Source: Pseudomonadota bacterium (GTDB lineage Bacteria > Campylobacterota > Campylobacteria > Campylobacterales > Sulfurospirillaceae). From it: 64,000 nucleotides of DNA. The stretch covers positions 6,534-70,533 of the forward strand of contig JAGDMU010000007.1 of NCBI GenBank assembly GCA_017860615.1, read 5' to 3'. Positions 40,982-50,203 of the stretch are shown here, piece after piece. Position numbers and translations under genes: made by a program. The notes below the pieces were generated by a model. The model saw only the letters and a program-made list of their open reading frames with translations. It was not told the DNA's origin and searched no databases. Positions within the stretch are counted from its first letter, which is position 1, and each line of letters starts with the position of its first letter.

Positions 40982-41957
40982 GATTAGTCAAACATCTCAA
41001 AATGCAATATTGCATTATTTACAAAAAAATGATTATTGCACAGATAAAAAGATAAATGAAGCAACCTTTGGATTTTTAAATATACCTAATAGAACAAAAT
41101 ACTTTTTAAAAGACTTGCCATTTGAAGAAAATTATAAAATTTCTCATAGTACCTTAATGTCTCCCTATCATAATAATGAGAACATAATAGAGGCTTTTTT
41201 TGATAAGTTGCAAAGAGTCTATGGAGTGGGTTCTCGTGATATTTTTTATAATACAGGAAAAGATGATGAAGTAGATAAAACTCTTGATACTAATGAAGCG
41301 CAAGTAAAAGTTATTAAACTTTTTTTATTAAAAAAATACTCCAATATGTATAATAATTTTAGAAAAAATTATGGAAAAAGAGTTATTGAAGAAACAGGTA
41401 ATAATATCTGCCCATACTGTTATCGAAGTTATATTAGTGTTATTGAAGCAGAAACAGGAAAAAAATCATTAACTCCTGATTTAGATCATTTTTATCCAAA
41501 ATCAAGATACCCATTTTTAGCAGTTACATTATCAAATTTAGTTCCTTCATGCCTTTTATGTAACGAACGAGCAAAAAATGATCAAGATTTTTACAAAAAT
41601 TCTATATATCCACCACAAAAATTTTTTGATGAAATTGAATTCGATTATGATGTGTATCTAAATAAGATTTACATAAAAAACTATAAACAATTGATTATTG
41701 ACCCTAAATATAAAATACATTTAGATACTTTTTTAATTCAAGAAACCTATGCAACACATACAGAAATTTTACAAAACATCATCAATAAACATAAAAAATA
41801 TAAACAATCTAAGATTCAAGATTTGGTAAAACACACTGTAGGATTATCTGGAACGTATGTCAAAAAGATAGTTTTTTATGAGTATGAGTATATGAATAAA
41901 AAAACAGAATTACTGTATAAACTCAAAAAAGATTTATATGAAAAGATAATTAAATAA
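40974..41957 (+). CDS. HNH endonuclease, PtuB-like (Septu-type pair)
   Basis: CPYC...DLDHFYPKSRYPFLAVTLSNLVPSCLLCN. Confidence 0.85.
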   Translation: MLKISQTSQNAILHYLQKNDYCTDKKINEATFGFLNIPNRTKYFLKDLPFEENYKISHSTLMSPYHNNENIIEAFFDKLQRVYGVGSRDIFYNTGKDDEVDKTLDTNEAQVKVIKLFLLKKYSNMYNNFRKNYGKRVIEETGNNICPYCYRSYISVIEAETGKKSLTPDLDHFYPKSRYPFLAVTLSNLVPSCLLCNERAKNDQDFYKNSIYPPQKFFDEIEFDYDVYLNKIYIKNYKQLIIDPKYKIHLDTFLIQETYATHTEILQNIINKHKKYKQSKIQDLVKHTVGLSGTYVKKIVFYEYEYMNKKTELLYKLKKDLYEKIIK

Positions 41958-41987
41958 ATTTTGAAAAAACAATTTTGATCGTATTCT

Positions 41988-42167
41988 GTATATAAATCCG
42001 TTGATATCACCAAAGGCAAATAAGGTTTAGAGTATGCCTTTGCCCTTAAACGTCAAATAGACACTATTGTTGAGTATTTAAAGAAACAAGCATTGCCTAT
42101 GAAGATTAGTGTTGAGAATGTGGCCAAAATGGTTATTAATCCGTTTGAATTAGTATATAAAGAATAA
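41988..42167 (+). pseudogene. Possible 3' gene remnant with an in-frame stop
   Basis: VYKSVDITKGK*GLEYAFALKRQIDTIVEYLKKQALPMKISVENVAKMVINPFELVYKE*; protein-like composition, no start codon. Confidence 0.35.
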
Positions 42168-42259
42168 AGAGTCATGATGAATTCAAATTCTTTATTAAAA
42201 TTTTCATTTTCAACAGTAATGATAATTCATTAAATACGCATATTAAGCTTATTATAATT

Positions 42260-43696
42260 TTAATCTGATGGGTTTTCAATCTGTTGAATAGCATCATACG
42301 CACGTCTATGACCTAATTTATCCGCTTTACGAAGATACTCTATAGCATTTTTGTTTGAGTCTTCCGTACGCAATAATTCAACCCCTAAATTAAAAGCAAT
42401 ACTTGCATCATTAGGATCCAATGTAAATGCTTTTTTTAGAGCACGTACAGCTTCATCATGGCGGCCTAGTTCTACCAAAGCGCATGATACGTGATACCAA
42501 CCAGAAGCAATATCGGGATACTCATCTATCAGTTTAGCAAAACATTGAAGTGCTTTATTATGTTCTCCAGCATATCCATACACAACCCCTTTTAGATGAA
42601 TTAATGCACCAGTATCTTGTTTTGTCTTTAAATTTTCGTCTATTTGAAACAAGGCATCACCATATTTTTTTTGCTGAACGAGTCGCTCTATCATATGCAT
42701 AAATTCAACTTCCGTCAACGATTTGTCCTGCTGTTCTTCTTGGATATGCAGTTTATTTTTTAACTTTGGTTTCGTTACCACGATATCGTAAGGGACTTTT
42801 TCTATTTTATTGGCACCTTGTATCTTGCGTATTTTAAACAACGCAACTTCATTAGGTACATGCGCTTCGACCAACTCAATGTAGTGCTTTATTCGTTCAT
42901 CTGGACATAACATGCCAAAGATTATTTCAGTAATATCTCCAGGCCATTCAAATAAGCCTCCAAATGGTTCTACATATCGCCATTCTTCCTCATAACTCCA
43001 ACATGTATGCTTTGTAGTTATTGCTTTCTGAAATGTTTTGTCTGAAAATGCAACTTCATATCCTGAAACATATAGTTTAAAGTTTTCATCAACTGCAAAA
43101 GTCATTTCTGTATTAAAACCATTTTTATCCGTTAATGGCAATTCATCAGAATATATAATGGGTAAAAAGTGTTTTTCATTAGAAAGTTTGCATTCACCAT
43201 GATTGGAAAATCCGATACATATCCCCGTGTGGCTATTTCCATAGTGCGCCCACATTAAAGGATGGTCCGGCTTACATGAAAGACTAAAAATTCCAACTGC
43301 ATTTAACTGACGATCTATATGTAAAAATAAATTTAATGGGTTAGATGGGTAATGTCCTGTTTTTTCCATAATAAACTTTGCATATAAATCATACGATTCA
43401 TCTAAATTAACATGTCCTTTTATCATATTTAATAGTTTTTGTATTTCTTCCAGAGAAAGCCCATAAAAATCTCCATTTGATTTTTTTGCTTTCACCGCCA
43501 TATAGACAAACCCAGATACGGCAGCTTTTTTGAGTTTAAGTATTTGTTCTTCTATCCAAGTGTGACCAATATCCTGCAATGAGCATTCAAATGGATCATT
43601 CAAGCCTTCGGCTGTAGACAAATACACTTTTCCTGTCGTAAATATATCCTCGGTATATTTTGAATCTGAACGATACTTATAAAAAACTCGATTCAT
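42260..43696 (-). CDS. DUF2971-like domain fused to C-terminal TPR repeats
   Basis: YKYR, LNDPFE, LMWAHYGNSHTGICIGF, TK...WSYEEEWR; TPR-like repeats after about residue 330. Confidence 0.8.
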   Translation of the reverse strand: MNRVFYKYRSDSKYTEDIFTTGKVYLSTAEGLNDPFECSLQDIGHTWIEEQILKLKKAAVSGFVYMAVKAKKSNGDFYGLSLEEIQKLLNMIKGHVNLDESYDLYAKFIMEKTGHYPSNPLNLFLHIDRQLNAVGIFSLSCKPDHPLMWAHYGNSHTGICIGFSNHGECKLSNEKHFLPIIYSDELPLTDKNGFNTEMTFAVDENFKLYVSGYEVAFSDKTFQKAITTKHTCWSYEEEWRYVEPFGGLFEWPGDITEIIFGMLCPDERIKHYIELVEAHVPNEVALFKIRKIQGANKIEKVPYDIVVTKPKLKNKLHIQEEQQDKSLTEVEFMHMIERLVQQKKYGDALFQIDENLKTKQDTGALIHLKGVVYGYAGEHNKALQCFAKLIDEYPDIASGWYHVSCALVELGRHDEAVRALKKAFTLDPNDASIAFNLGVELLRTEDSNKNAIEYLRKADKLGHRRAYDAIQQIENPSD

Positions 43697-43907
43697 AAGC
43701 TTTTCCCTTCATTAAATATATTAATTTTCTATAACTATCTGCAATTTAATTGGTGTATTAACTTAATTGTGGACTAATACTTCATGAATCCAATACGTAT
43801 GTGGTGCGTTCAAACTTAACCAAATAAACAATTTGAGCATTTTCTTTAATCAAGAGAGTATATAGATAACTATTATTTAAAGTTGTCTACTTCTTTATTG
43901 TATTATT

Positions 43908-44579
43908 TTAAGTATTACAAAAATCTAAAAAGATATGTTGAATTTTTTTTATATTATTTTCGTCTTGATGATGTAGTGATTCATAACAATAAGGACAAGC
44001 AATTATTTTGTCACTTTTTTCCAATTTTTTTATGCAGTTAGCTGCTTGATAATTTTTGCGATTTTTAAATAATTGCATATTCAGGCTATTTATAATATTT
44101 TCAACTTTTCCATTTAAAACATACCCAACAATAGATCCATTTGTATATTTTTCAGTTCTAAAATTTTCTATTCCCGTATCAATGTATCTGTTTATATAGC
44201 TTGATGCTTTTTTGGTTCCATAGTTATTTTCGTATAAATTTTTAGCTTCAAAAAAATATTCTTTTGATTCTGGAGAATTCCAGTTAAATATTCTTATATC
44301 AATTATTGGTAATGATTTTGGATTGTTATGGCCAATTGGTAAAGTATCTTTAATGAGTGGATATTGAGGTGTGATATCTAAAGGATAATGATTAGTTAGA
44401 TCAGATTTTTTCATAAATGTTATTAAGTGGTTTGTGAACTGATCCTCAAACCACTTAAGATTAAATTGTTGATTCTCTAATGCTAAAAAATATGCTTCCA
44501 ATAAAAGTTTAAATGACAAAATACTAATCGGTGGAATATGGCATTTAGTCTTAGCTAATGTCTTCTTCGATAGCGCCAT
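43908..44579 (-). CDS. Putative PD-(D/E)XK nuclease partner of the methylase
   Basis: IIDIRIF...YFFEAKNL; start overlaps the methylase stop. Confidence 0.55.
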   Translation of the reverse strand: MALSKKTLAKTKCHIPPISILSFKLLLEAYFLALENQQFNLKWFEDQFTNHLITFMKKSDLTNHYPLDITPQYPLIKDTLPIGHNNPKSLPIIDIRIFNWNSPESKEYFFEAKNLYENNYGTKKASSYINRYIDTGIENFRTEKYTNGSIVGYVLNGKVENIINSLNMQLFKNRKNYQAANCIKKLEKSDKIIACPYCYESLHHQDENNIKKIQHIFLDFCNT

Positions 44580-47500
44580 TAATACATACTCATTATCTCT
44601 AAAGTTATATTTTGAGCGTCTTCAATGGCACTCGATAGATTCCAAAATCTTTTTTGATTCGGTTTAACAACATAAATTTTATCATCGTCAAAGTACGTTA
44701 AATTTTTTTGCACATATATACCTTTTGAGTATTCGCGTAAAGTATACCGATTGAGCATTGATAATATATGATTGAACTCTTTTTCAGCGTAAGTTATAAT
44801 ATGCTTATCTATTTCTTTTCCTACTTTATCAACAAACTGGAGTACTACTAAAGCAAGAGGACTAAAATGAGATATTTGATAAACAGTAGATATTATTTCT
44901 AGCTCACTATCTTTTAAAGTTTGATTTAATTCATAACACAACTTCTTGCTGTATTCGATAGATTCTGGAGATTTAGAATTTAATGGCTTCATCGAGATTG
45001 ACTTATCGCCTTTATGAAATAAATCTACTTTATACTTAATTGCGTCATCTATTAATATTCTCTCATTTTGAGAAAAATCAAGAATATCATAAATCGTATT
45101 ATTAATCTCATTTTCATTAACTTTATGATGAGATTCCCCAATAATACGATCAATAGTATTTGCTATTTCATGGATTTTATCATTATCTATATTCGGCAAT
45201 GGTAACTCTAAATATTCATCTAACATGATTTGTTCTCTTTCAACCGTATACGAAGAAGCAGTCATTAACAAAAAATAATGAGCATAGTTTGAGCTAAATA
45301 CTACAGATAAATATTTTAAAATAATTTCATTTTTTGTTTCAGAATAGAACCCGTAAACACCGTCTCTAAAGGAACAATCATAATCTATATATGAGCCACA
45401 TATTTGATTCCCAGATATAAATCCTTTTTTCAATACAAAATGCGGTGCTTTAAAAATTTCTGGATACTTCGCCGTCATATTAAATTTAGTTATCTGTGGT
45501 ATGTCTCTTAAAGTAGTGGCTTGATAGATTTCTAAATAAACTTTTTGAGTTGGTAGAGTTGCCTCTTTAAGAGAATCATTGATTGGATAATTGCTATTAA
45601 CAGTATATAGCCTATTGATTGTAGATGCCTTTAAATATGGGAGTTTACATAAATCTTGATCTTCTTTCACAATCCTTTTTCTATTTGATAATAACTGAAA
45701 TCCAACACCATGTTTAATGTTGTTTTTCTTAGCAAAATCCATAAAAGAGATACTTTTGTTTAATAACCTATTTAATAAATTAAAATCATTTAAATTACCC
45801 CATTGTGCAATTTTCCATATCTTTGTATTAGGCTTTTGACATTCAAATCGTGGTAAATACTTTATGTCACTAGAATCGATAATAATACCCTCTGCCAAGT
45901 GATTTTTTATATATGTCTTAGGAGACCAATACTCTATTGTTTTGGATGGATTTGTAGGAATTTTTGATTGAAAAAAATATATAGAAGCGGGAACGACAGC
46001 TGATGAGAATAGTTGTCCGCCAAATGCTTTTGGAGCTTTTCTGAGTATAGATAAATTATATATTTTTTCTACATAATTCTCATTAAAAAGCCATTTCCTG
46101 AAATTTTGTGAAGGCTGTTGAGTTTTAGTCAATAGCTTAGTAGGTGCCAAAAGTGCTATTTTTCCATTAGGTGCTAAGAGTGTTGATTTATATATAAATG
46201 GTATAACGAATTCTGGTGGAAAATTTCTGTCCTGACAATACTGTTTAATGTGTATTGGAGCATTTTCGCCATAAGGAGGATTTCCGACAATAACATCATA
46301 ATCTTTTTCAATCTCTTTATTGTCAATAATAGTATCTGTTCTATATAGGTTATACCCTTGTTTAAGTAAAGTATTGTCATCTTTATCATTAATTAAGTAT
46401 GGAAATTTTTCTTCACCTTGATACCACAACGTTGCAGGATGTAAAAAGTCAAGCATGGCCAAATACAAACTAAATGTTGTAACCTTAATAGAATTTTTAT
46501 TTAGTTCTATACCGTAAATACTATAATGCATTAATTCTTTTAATATTTTAAAGTCTACACCTTTATTGGGGTGAGCTTTTTGCCACCTTTTTACAATTCT
46601 TTTGTAAGCTTCAACCAAAAAAATACCTGAACCGCAAGTTGGATCTAAAATTTTAACTTTATAGTCTTGACTATCGATTGGTAAAACCTCATTTAGCATA
46701 AGTTCAACCAATTCAGGAGGCGTATAATAACTCCCACTTAGTTCTTTGTCTATTTCACTTAAAAAATTTTCATATATTTGACTTAAAAGCTCAATATTTA
46801 TTATGTCAAATTTAAAAATTCTCCAGTCACTAAATAGATTTTCATTTTTTATTTCACCATTGATAAAACATTTTTTTAATAATTGTAAATGTTTCCCTTT
46901 GATCGTTTCTCGCTCAAGCTCAGTTACTGGAAATACATTACCATTAAAATTTTCTTTTATTCTGCCAAAAAAAGCGTATGTTGCTTCCTCATCTTCCAAC
47001 AAATCAAAATATGAATTTACTTCTTTATTTTTGCCTTTATAAAATTCTTCGGGAGTAGCCTTTTTATCTTCAAGGTACATAATAAAGAGCGATCTCATGA
47101 TAAGCGCATGAATAATATCTAAACTAATACCATCTTGTTTAAATACCTTAGCTAAATTTACAAGGCTTGCAACTAGAAACTTATCAATTCGTTTGTCTAA
47201 TTTTATTTTTTTGAGATATTCATTATTTCTTGTCCAAATTGAACCGCTATCAACTGCATGAGCTGAAAATATTTCAACAAGTTGACTCAGCTTTTCCTTA
47301 TCATCAAACCCACTCGCTACTATTTCATGATTTTTTAATATACCTTGAATATCTTTTGAATCATTGTTAAATGCAACTGGTTTACTATTGCAATTGTAAA
47401 TTCTTATTTCTGTTAATGCCGTAACATATAGGAACGTTACTTTTTTGAAGTTCCATAAATTATGATGAGTCTTTGCAATTTCTCTTATTGTTTCTTCATC

Positions 47501-47635
47501 AAATTGCAAGACTTCTTTAAAAAAGACTGTTGGATATTTACCTGAGTAATGGATTTTATCAATCCCTAATTCTTTTTCACGCTTAGAGGCTTCATGAATA
47601 TTGTTAAATTGTAAAATCTCATAAAATTTACTCAT
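44579..47635 (-). CDS. Large N6-adenine DNA methyltransferase (type IIG/Eco57I-like architecture)
   Basis: GSYYTP, motif I LDPTCGSGIFL, motif IV VGNPPY, long C-terminal TRD-like region. Confidence 0.88.
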   Translation of the reverse strand: MSKFYEILQFNNIHEASKREKELGIDKIHYSGKYPTVFFKEVLQFDEETIREIAKTHHNLWNFKKVTFLYVTALTEIRIYNCNSKPVAFNNDSKDIQGILKNHEIVASGFDDKEKLSQLVEIFSAHAVDSGSIWTRNNEYLKKIKLDKRIDKFLVASLVNLAKVFKQDGISLDIIHALIMRSLFIMYLEDKKATPEEFYKGKNKEVNSYFDLLEDEEATYAFFGRIKENFNGNVFPVTELERETIKGKHLQLLKKCFINGEIKNENLFSDWRIFKFDIINIELLSQIYENFLSEIDKELSGSYYTPPELVELMLNEVLPIDSQDYKVKILDPTCGSGIFLVEAYKRIVKRWQKAHPNKGVDFKILKELMHYSIYGIELNKNSIKVTTFSLYLAMLDFLHPATLWYQGEEKFPYLINDKDDNTLLKQGYNLYRTDTIIDNKEIEKDYDVIVGNPPYGENAPIHIKQYCQDRNFPPEFVIPFIYKSTLLAPNGKIALLAPTKLLTKTQQPSQNFRKWLFNENYVEKIYNLSILRKAPKAFGGQLFSSAVVPASIYFFQSKIPTNPSKTIEYWSPKTYIKNHLAEGIIIDSSDIKYLPRFECQKPNTKIWKIAQWGNLNDFNLLNRLLNKSISFMDFAKKNNIKHGVGFQLLSNRKRIVKEDQDLCKLPYLKASTINRLYTVNSNYPINDSLKEATLPTQKVYLEIYQATTLRDIPQITKFNMTAKYPEIFKAPHFVLKKGFISGNQICGSYIDYDCSFRDGVYGFYSETKNEIILKYLSVVFSSNYAHYFLLMTASSYTVEREQIMLDEYLELPLPNIDNDKIHEIANTIDRIIGESHHKVNENEINNTIYDILDFSQNERILIDDAIKYKVDLFHKGDKSISMKPLNSKSPESIEYSKKLCYELNQTLKDSELEIISTVYQISHFSPLALVVLQFVDKVGKEIDKHIITYAEKEFNHILSMLNRYTLREYSKGIYVQKNLTYFDDDKIYVVKPNQKRFWNLSSAIEDAQNITLEIMSMY

Positions 47636-47642
47636 GAATGTC

Positions 47643-47876
47643 CTAAAAAAAATAATCTTCGAGTCGAATATTTTTCGTTTCTAATACTTTTAAGCATTTA
47701 AAGAAAAATACTGCATTAAATGCACCCCTACTCATTTTATTGTTAAATGAATATTCCGTAAGCTCTTCACCATCTTTATTTAATCGCTCGACCAAGTCTC
47801 TTACATGTAAATTTTTTTTTGCAAGTTCTGACTTGATGATTCTTTTTGGTACGTCTTTAATATCCATATCCAACAC
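47643..47876 (-). CDS. DUF6471-like small HTH protein
   Basis: IKSELAKKNL...DLVERL...SFNNKMSRGAF; 7 nt upstream of the methylase. Confidence 0.7.
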   Translation of the reverse strand: MLDMDIKDVPKRIIKSELAKKNLHVRDLVERLNKDGEELTEYSFNNKMSRGAFNAVFFFKCLKVLETKNIRLEDYFF

Positions 47877-48212
47877 CTAATTGTTTTACCTTACAATTGT
47901 AGCATAAAATGATTGTATTTATATCGTTATTGGTTATAAATATACAATTATTAATATATTTATATTTAAATAGTATAATCGATTTCGATATAATTATAAT
48001 CGATAATATTAAATAATGAACTCTTGATTGCATACCACTTTCTTCATAGTAAAAACTATATCCTTTTATCATTTATAAGAAAATGCCGTACTGCCACTAA
48101 AAATAAAGTGTATTTTTTTATAAAAAATTTAACTGGGTTAAAACATAATATTGTAAATCATCAAGTTAAAGTAAGTAATGATTAGAATGTCTATTGTGTT
48201 TTGTTACACATA

Positions 48213-49310
48213 TTATTTCAAATACCGATACCCACTCATCCACTGATAACCAGTAATCTCTGCAAATCTTTTTGCAGTTAATTTTTCATTTTTAGACAAA
48301 TACGCCTTAATACTCTCCACCTCTCCTTTACTAAGTGGACGCATAACTTCGACACACTCCTCCAAGGGTTTTAAAAACCAAAAAGGTAAATCTCTACAGT
48401 TATTTTTTCTTTCGTATTTTTCTAGAATTCGTGGCTTATTTGTTATTTTACGTCGTTTAAAAAAGTATTGAAACTGATACGGCCAATTTTGAAAAAGCTC
48501 CACAGATCTTTTGATGATTCTAAACATCTGTCTTGTAGTAAATTGTTCAGGGAAAATTTGATGCCTCTTCAAATCATTTTGAACTATTTTCTTCCAATAA
48601 CTAGCATGACTCATATGTCTCGTAAATATCCTCAGCACATAAAAATAACTCATTGAATAGTACCATCTACCATTCAATATAAAATAGCCTCGTTTTGCAA
48701 TACTCAAAAGCCTTCTAATAGCTTTTAGCCCTTCTGAATATTGTGGAATCATAATAGGTGTTCTATCTAATAAATTTGCTCCACATTTAAAACAAAACTC
48801 CATACCTTGATCTTCTAGTGAATAAACCGATGCAAGCGGAGATCCACACTTTGGACACTGTGACTCAAGAAAACAACAATGTTTTGTACAAGCATTCACA
48901 AAATAAAGCTTCCACTCTTTTTTATAATAAGCATTTTCTTTTAGACATAAAGGACAATAACACAGCCCTCTCTCGCGTTGATGATATTTTATATCATGCG
49001 ATAAAGTTACTATCCAGCGCTGCTTTCCTTTGCCATTAATAGTTTCTTGGATATACCCTTCATAGCTTTTAAGGCGCATTTGTTGTATTCGCTCAATGCT
49101 CACATCCGTACACTCGGACAAAGTTTGCCAAAAGCTTTCAGGGTACTCATAAATATCAATATCTTTGTTGAAGTAACTTTTACCTGCCCAATGTTGCGAA
49201 AAGAGTCCTACAACGGTTGTAAAGTTAGCCTTTGCAATACGTGTTAGCCACGAAGAAAGAAGCTCGCCCTCAAATGGTTCGACAGTAAACAACCATTTTT
49301 GAGCTGACAT
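48213..49310 (-). CDS. tniQ: TniQ/TnsD-family target selector
   Basis: PFEGELLSSWLTRIAKAN, CPLCL, CTKH..FLESQCPKC, CFKC; about 200-aa C-terminal extension. Confidence 0.9.
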   Translation of the reverse strand: MSAQKWLFTVEPFEGELLSSWLTRIAKANFTTVVGLFSQHWAGKSYFNKDIDIYEYPESFWQTLSECTDVSIERIQQMRLKSYEGYIQETINGKGKQRWIVTLSHDIKYHQRERGLCYCPLCLKENAYYKKEWKLYFVNACTKHCCFLESQCPKCGSPLASVYSLEDQGMEFCFKCGANLLDRTPIMIPQYSEGLKAIRRLLSIAKRGYFILNGRWYYSMSYFYVLRIFTRHMSHASYWKKIVQNDLKRHQIFPEQFTTRQMFRIIKRSVELFQNWPYQFQYFFKRRKITNKPRILEKYERKNNCRDLPFWFLKPLEECVEVMRPLSKGEVESIKAYLSKNEKLTAKRFAEITGYQWMSGYRYLK

Positions 49311-49312
49311 AG

Positions 49313-50203
49313 CTATTTCCTCCGATCACTTGGTCTTTCGTATGGAATTGACTCAAGTATTTCTAAATCAATCGATTCTTTATTATTTTGAATCGCATAA
49401 ATTGTAGATTTTGTAAGAATTTTGGCAACTTCTCCAATTAAACCTTCACTCATCCAATGGATCTTTTGTACAAGAGATTTACGATGTAAACGAGAGGGTT
49501 CACGAAGTGGCAACGTCTTCTCAAAACTCATAAGAAGCCTTGCAAAATCTTCATTGAGTTCCCACGTATCAAGCCGCAAGGTATCAAAACGCCTCGCAAT
49601 CTGTGTTTCAGAAGAGAGTGTGCGTTGCACCTCTGGCACGCCTGCTACTACAACACTTACTTTTGCATTGGTACCAAGTTGTTTGAGCGCTGAAAGAAAT
49701 TTTGTTTGTTCTCTAAGACCACCATGATAGATATCCTGCATTTCATCAATAATAATCATCTTTGTACCCAAAGCACTAAGAATATTTTCTACCTGCTTTT
49801 CTTTACGTGAAGATGATTCTGTCGTTAGGTATGGTACATTCAAAGCATCCAAGATTTTTTCATAAAGAATATTCGAAGAAGGTGCAATGGGTGCTGAAAA
49901 ATAGACTATTGGAATATGATTTTGGCCTCCCTTTAAAAAAGAGGGATGTTGTTCCATAAAATAATTGAGTATCGTTGTTTTACCATTGTTGCTATCCCCA
50001 ACAATAGTGAAATGTTGCATTCGATTATTCGCTTTTTCCAGGAAAGCGATTTCAAGTTCATTGAGAATACTAAGTGCTTGAGGATATGGTATCCACACTT
50101 TTTCTTGAGCTTTTTGAATCCGCTCAATCGGTGTTTTCAATAAAACAGCTCGAACACCTTCTAAAAGTGATGCTTGATGATCTAATATCTCTTTTTCACT
50201 CAT
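49313..50203 (-). CDS. tnsC: TnsC/TniB AAA+ ATPase
   Basis: GDSNNGKT, MIIIDEMQD, QIARRF, SEGLIGEV. Confidence 0.9.
   Translation of the reverse strand: MSEKEILDHQASLLEGVRAVLLKTPIERIQKAQEKVWIPYPQALSILNELEIAFLEKANNRMQHFTIVGDSNNGKTTILNYFMEQHPSFLKGGQNHIPIVYFSAPIAPSSNILYEKILDALNVPYLTTESSSRKEKQVENILSALGTKMIIIDEMQDIYHGGLREQTKFLSALKQLGTNAKVSVVVAGVPEVQRTLSSETQIARRFDTLRLDTWELNEDFARLLMSFEKTLPLREPSRLHRKSLVQKIHWMSEGLIGEVAKILTKSTIYAIQNNKESIDLEILESIPYERPSDRRK

Noticed and set aside
38900-42260. Retron associated with the ATPase/HNH pair
   Set aside because: No reverse transcriptase (no YADD-like motif) in the element and no msr-msd-like inverted repeats next to the pair.
47857-48072. 71-aa minus-strand ORF between tniQ and the DUF6471 gene (also 11101-11283)
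   Set aside because: Low-complexity I/N/Y/F-rich translation of AT-rich promoter DNA.
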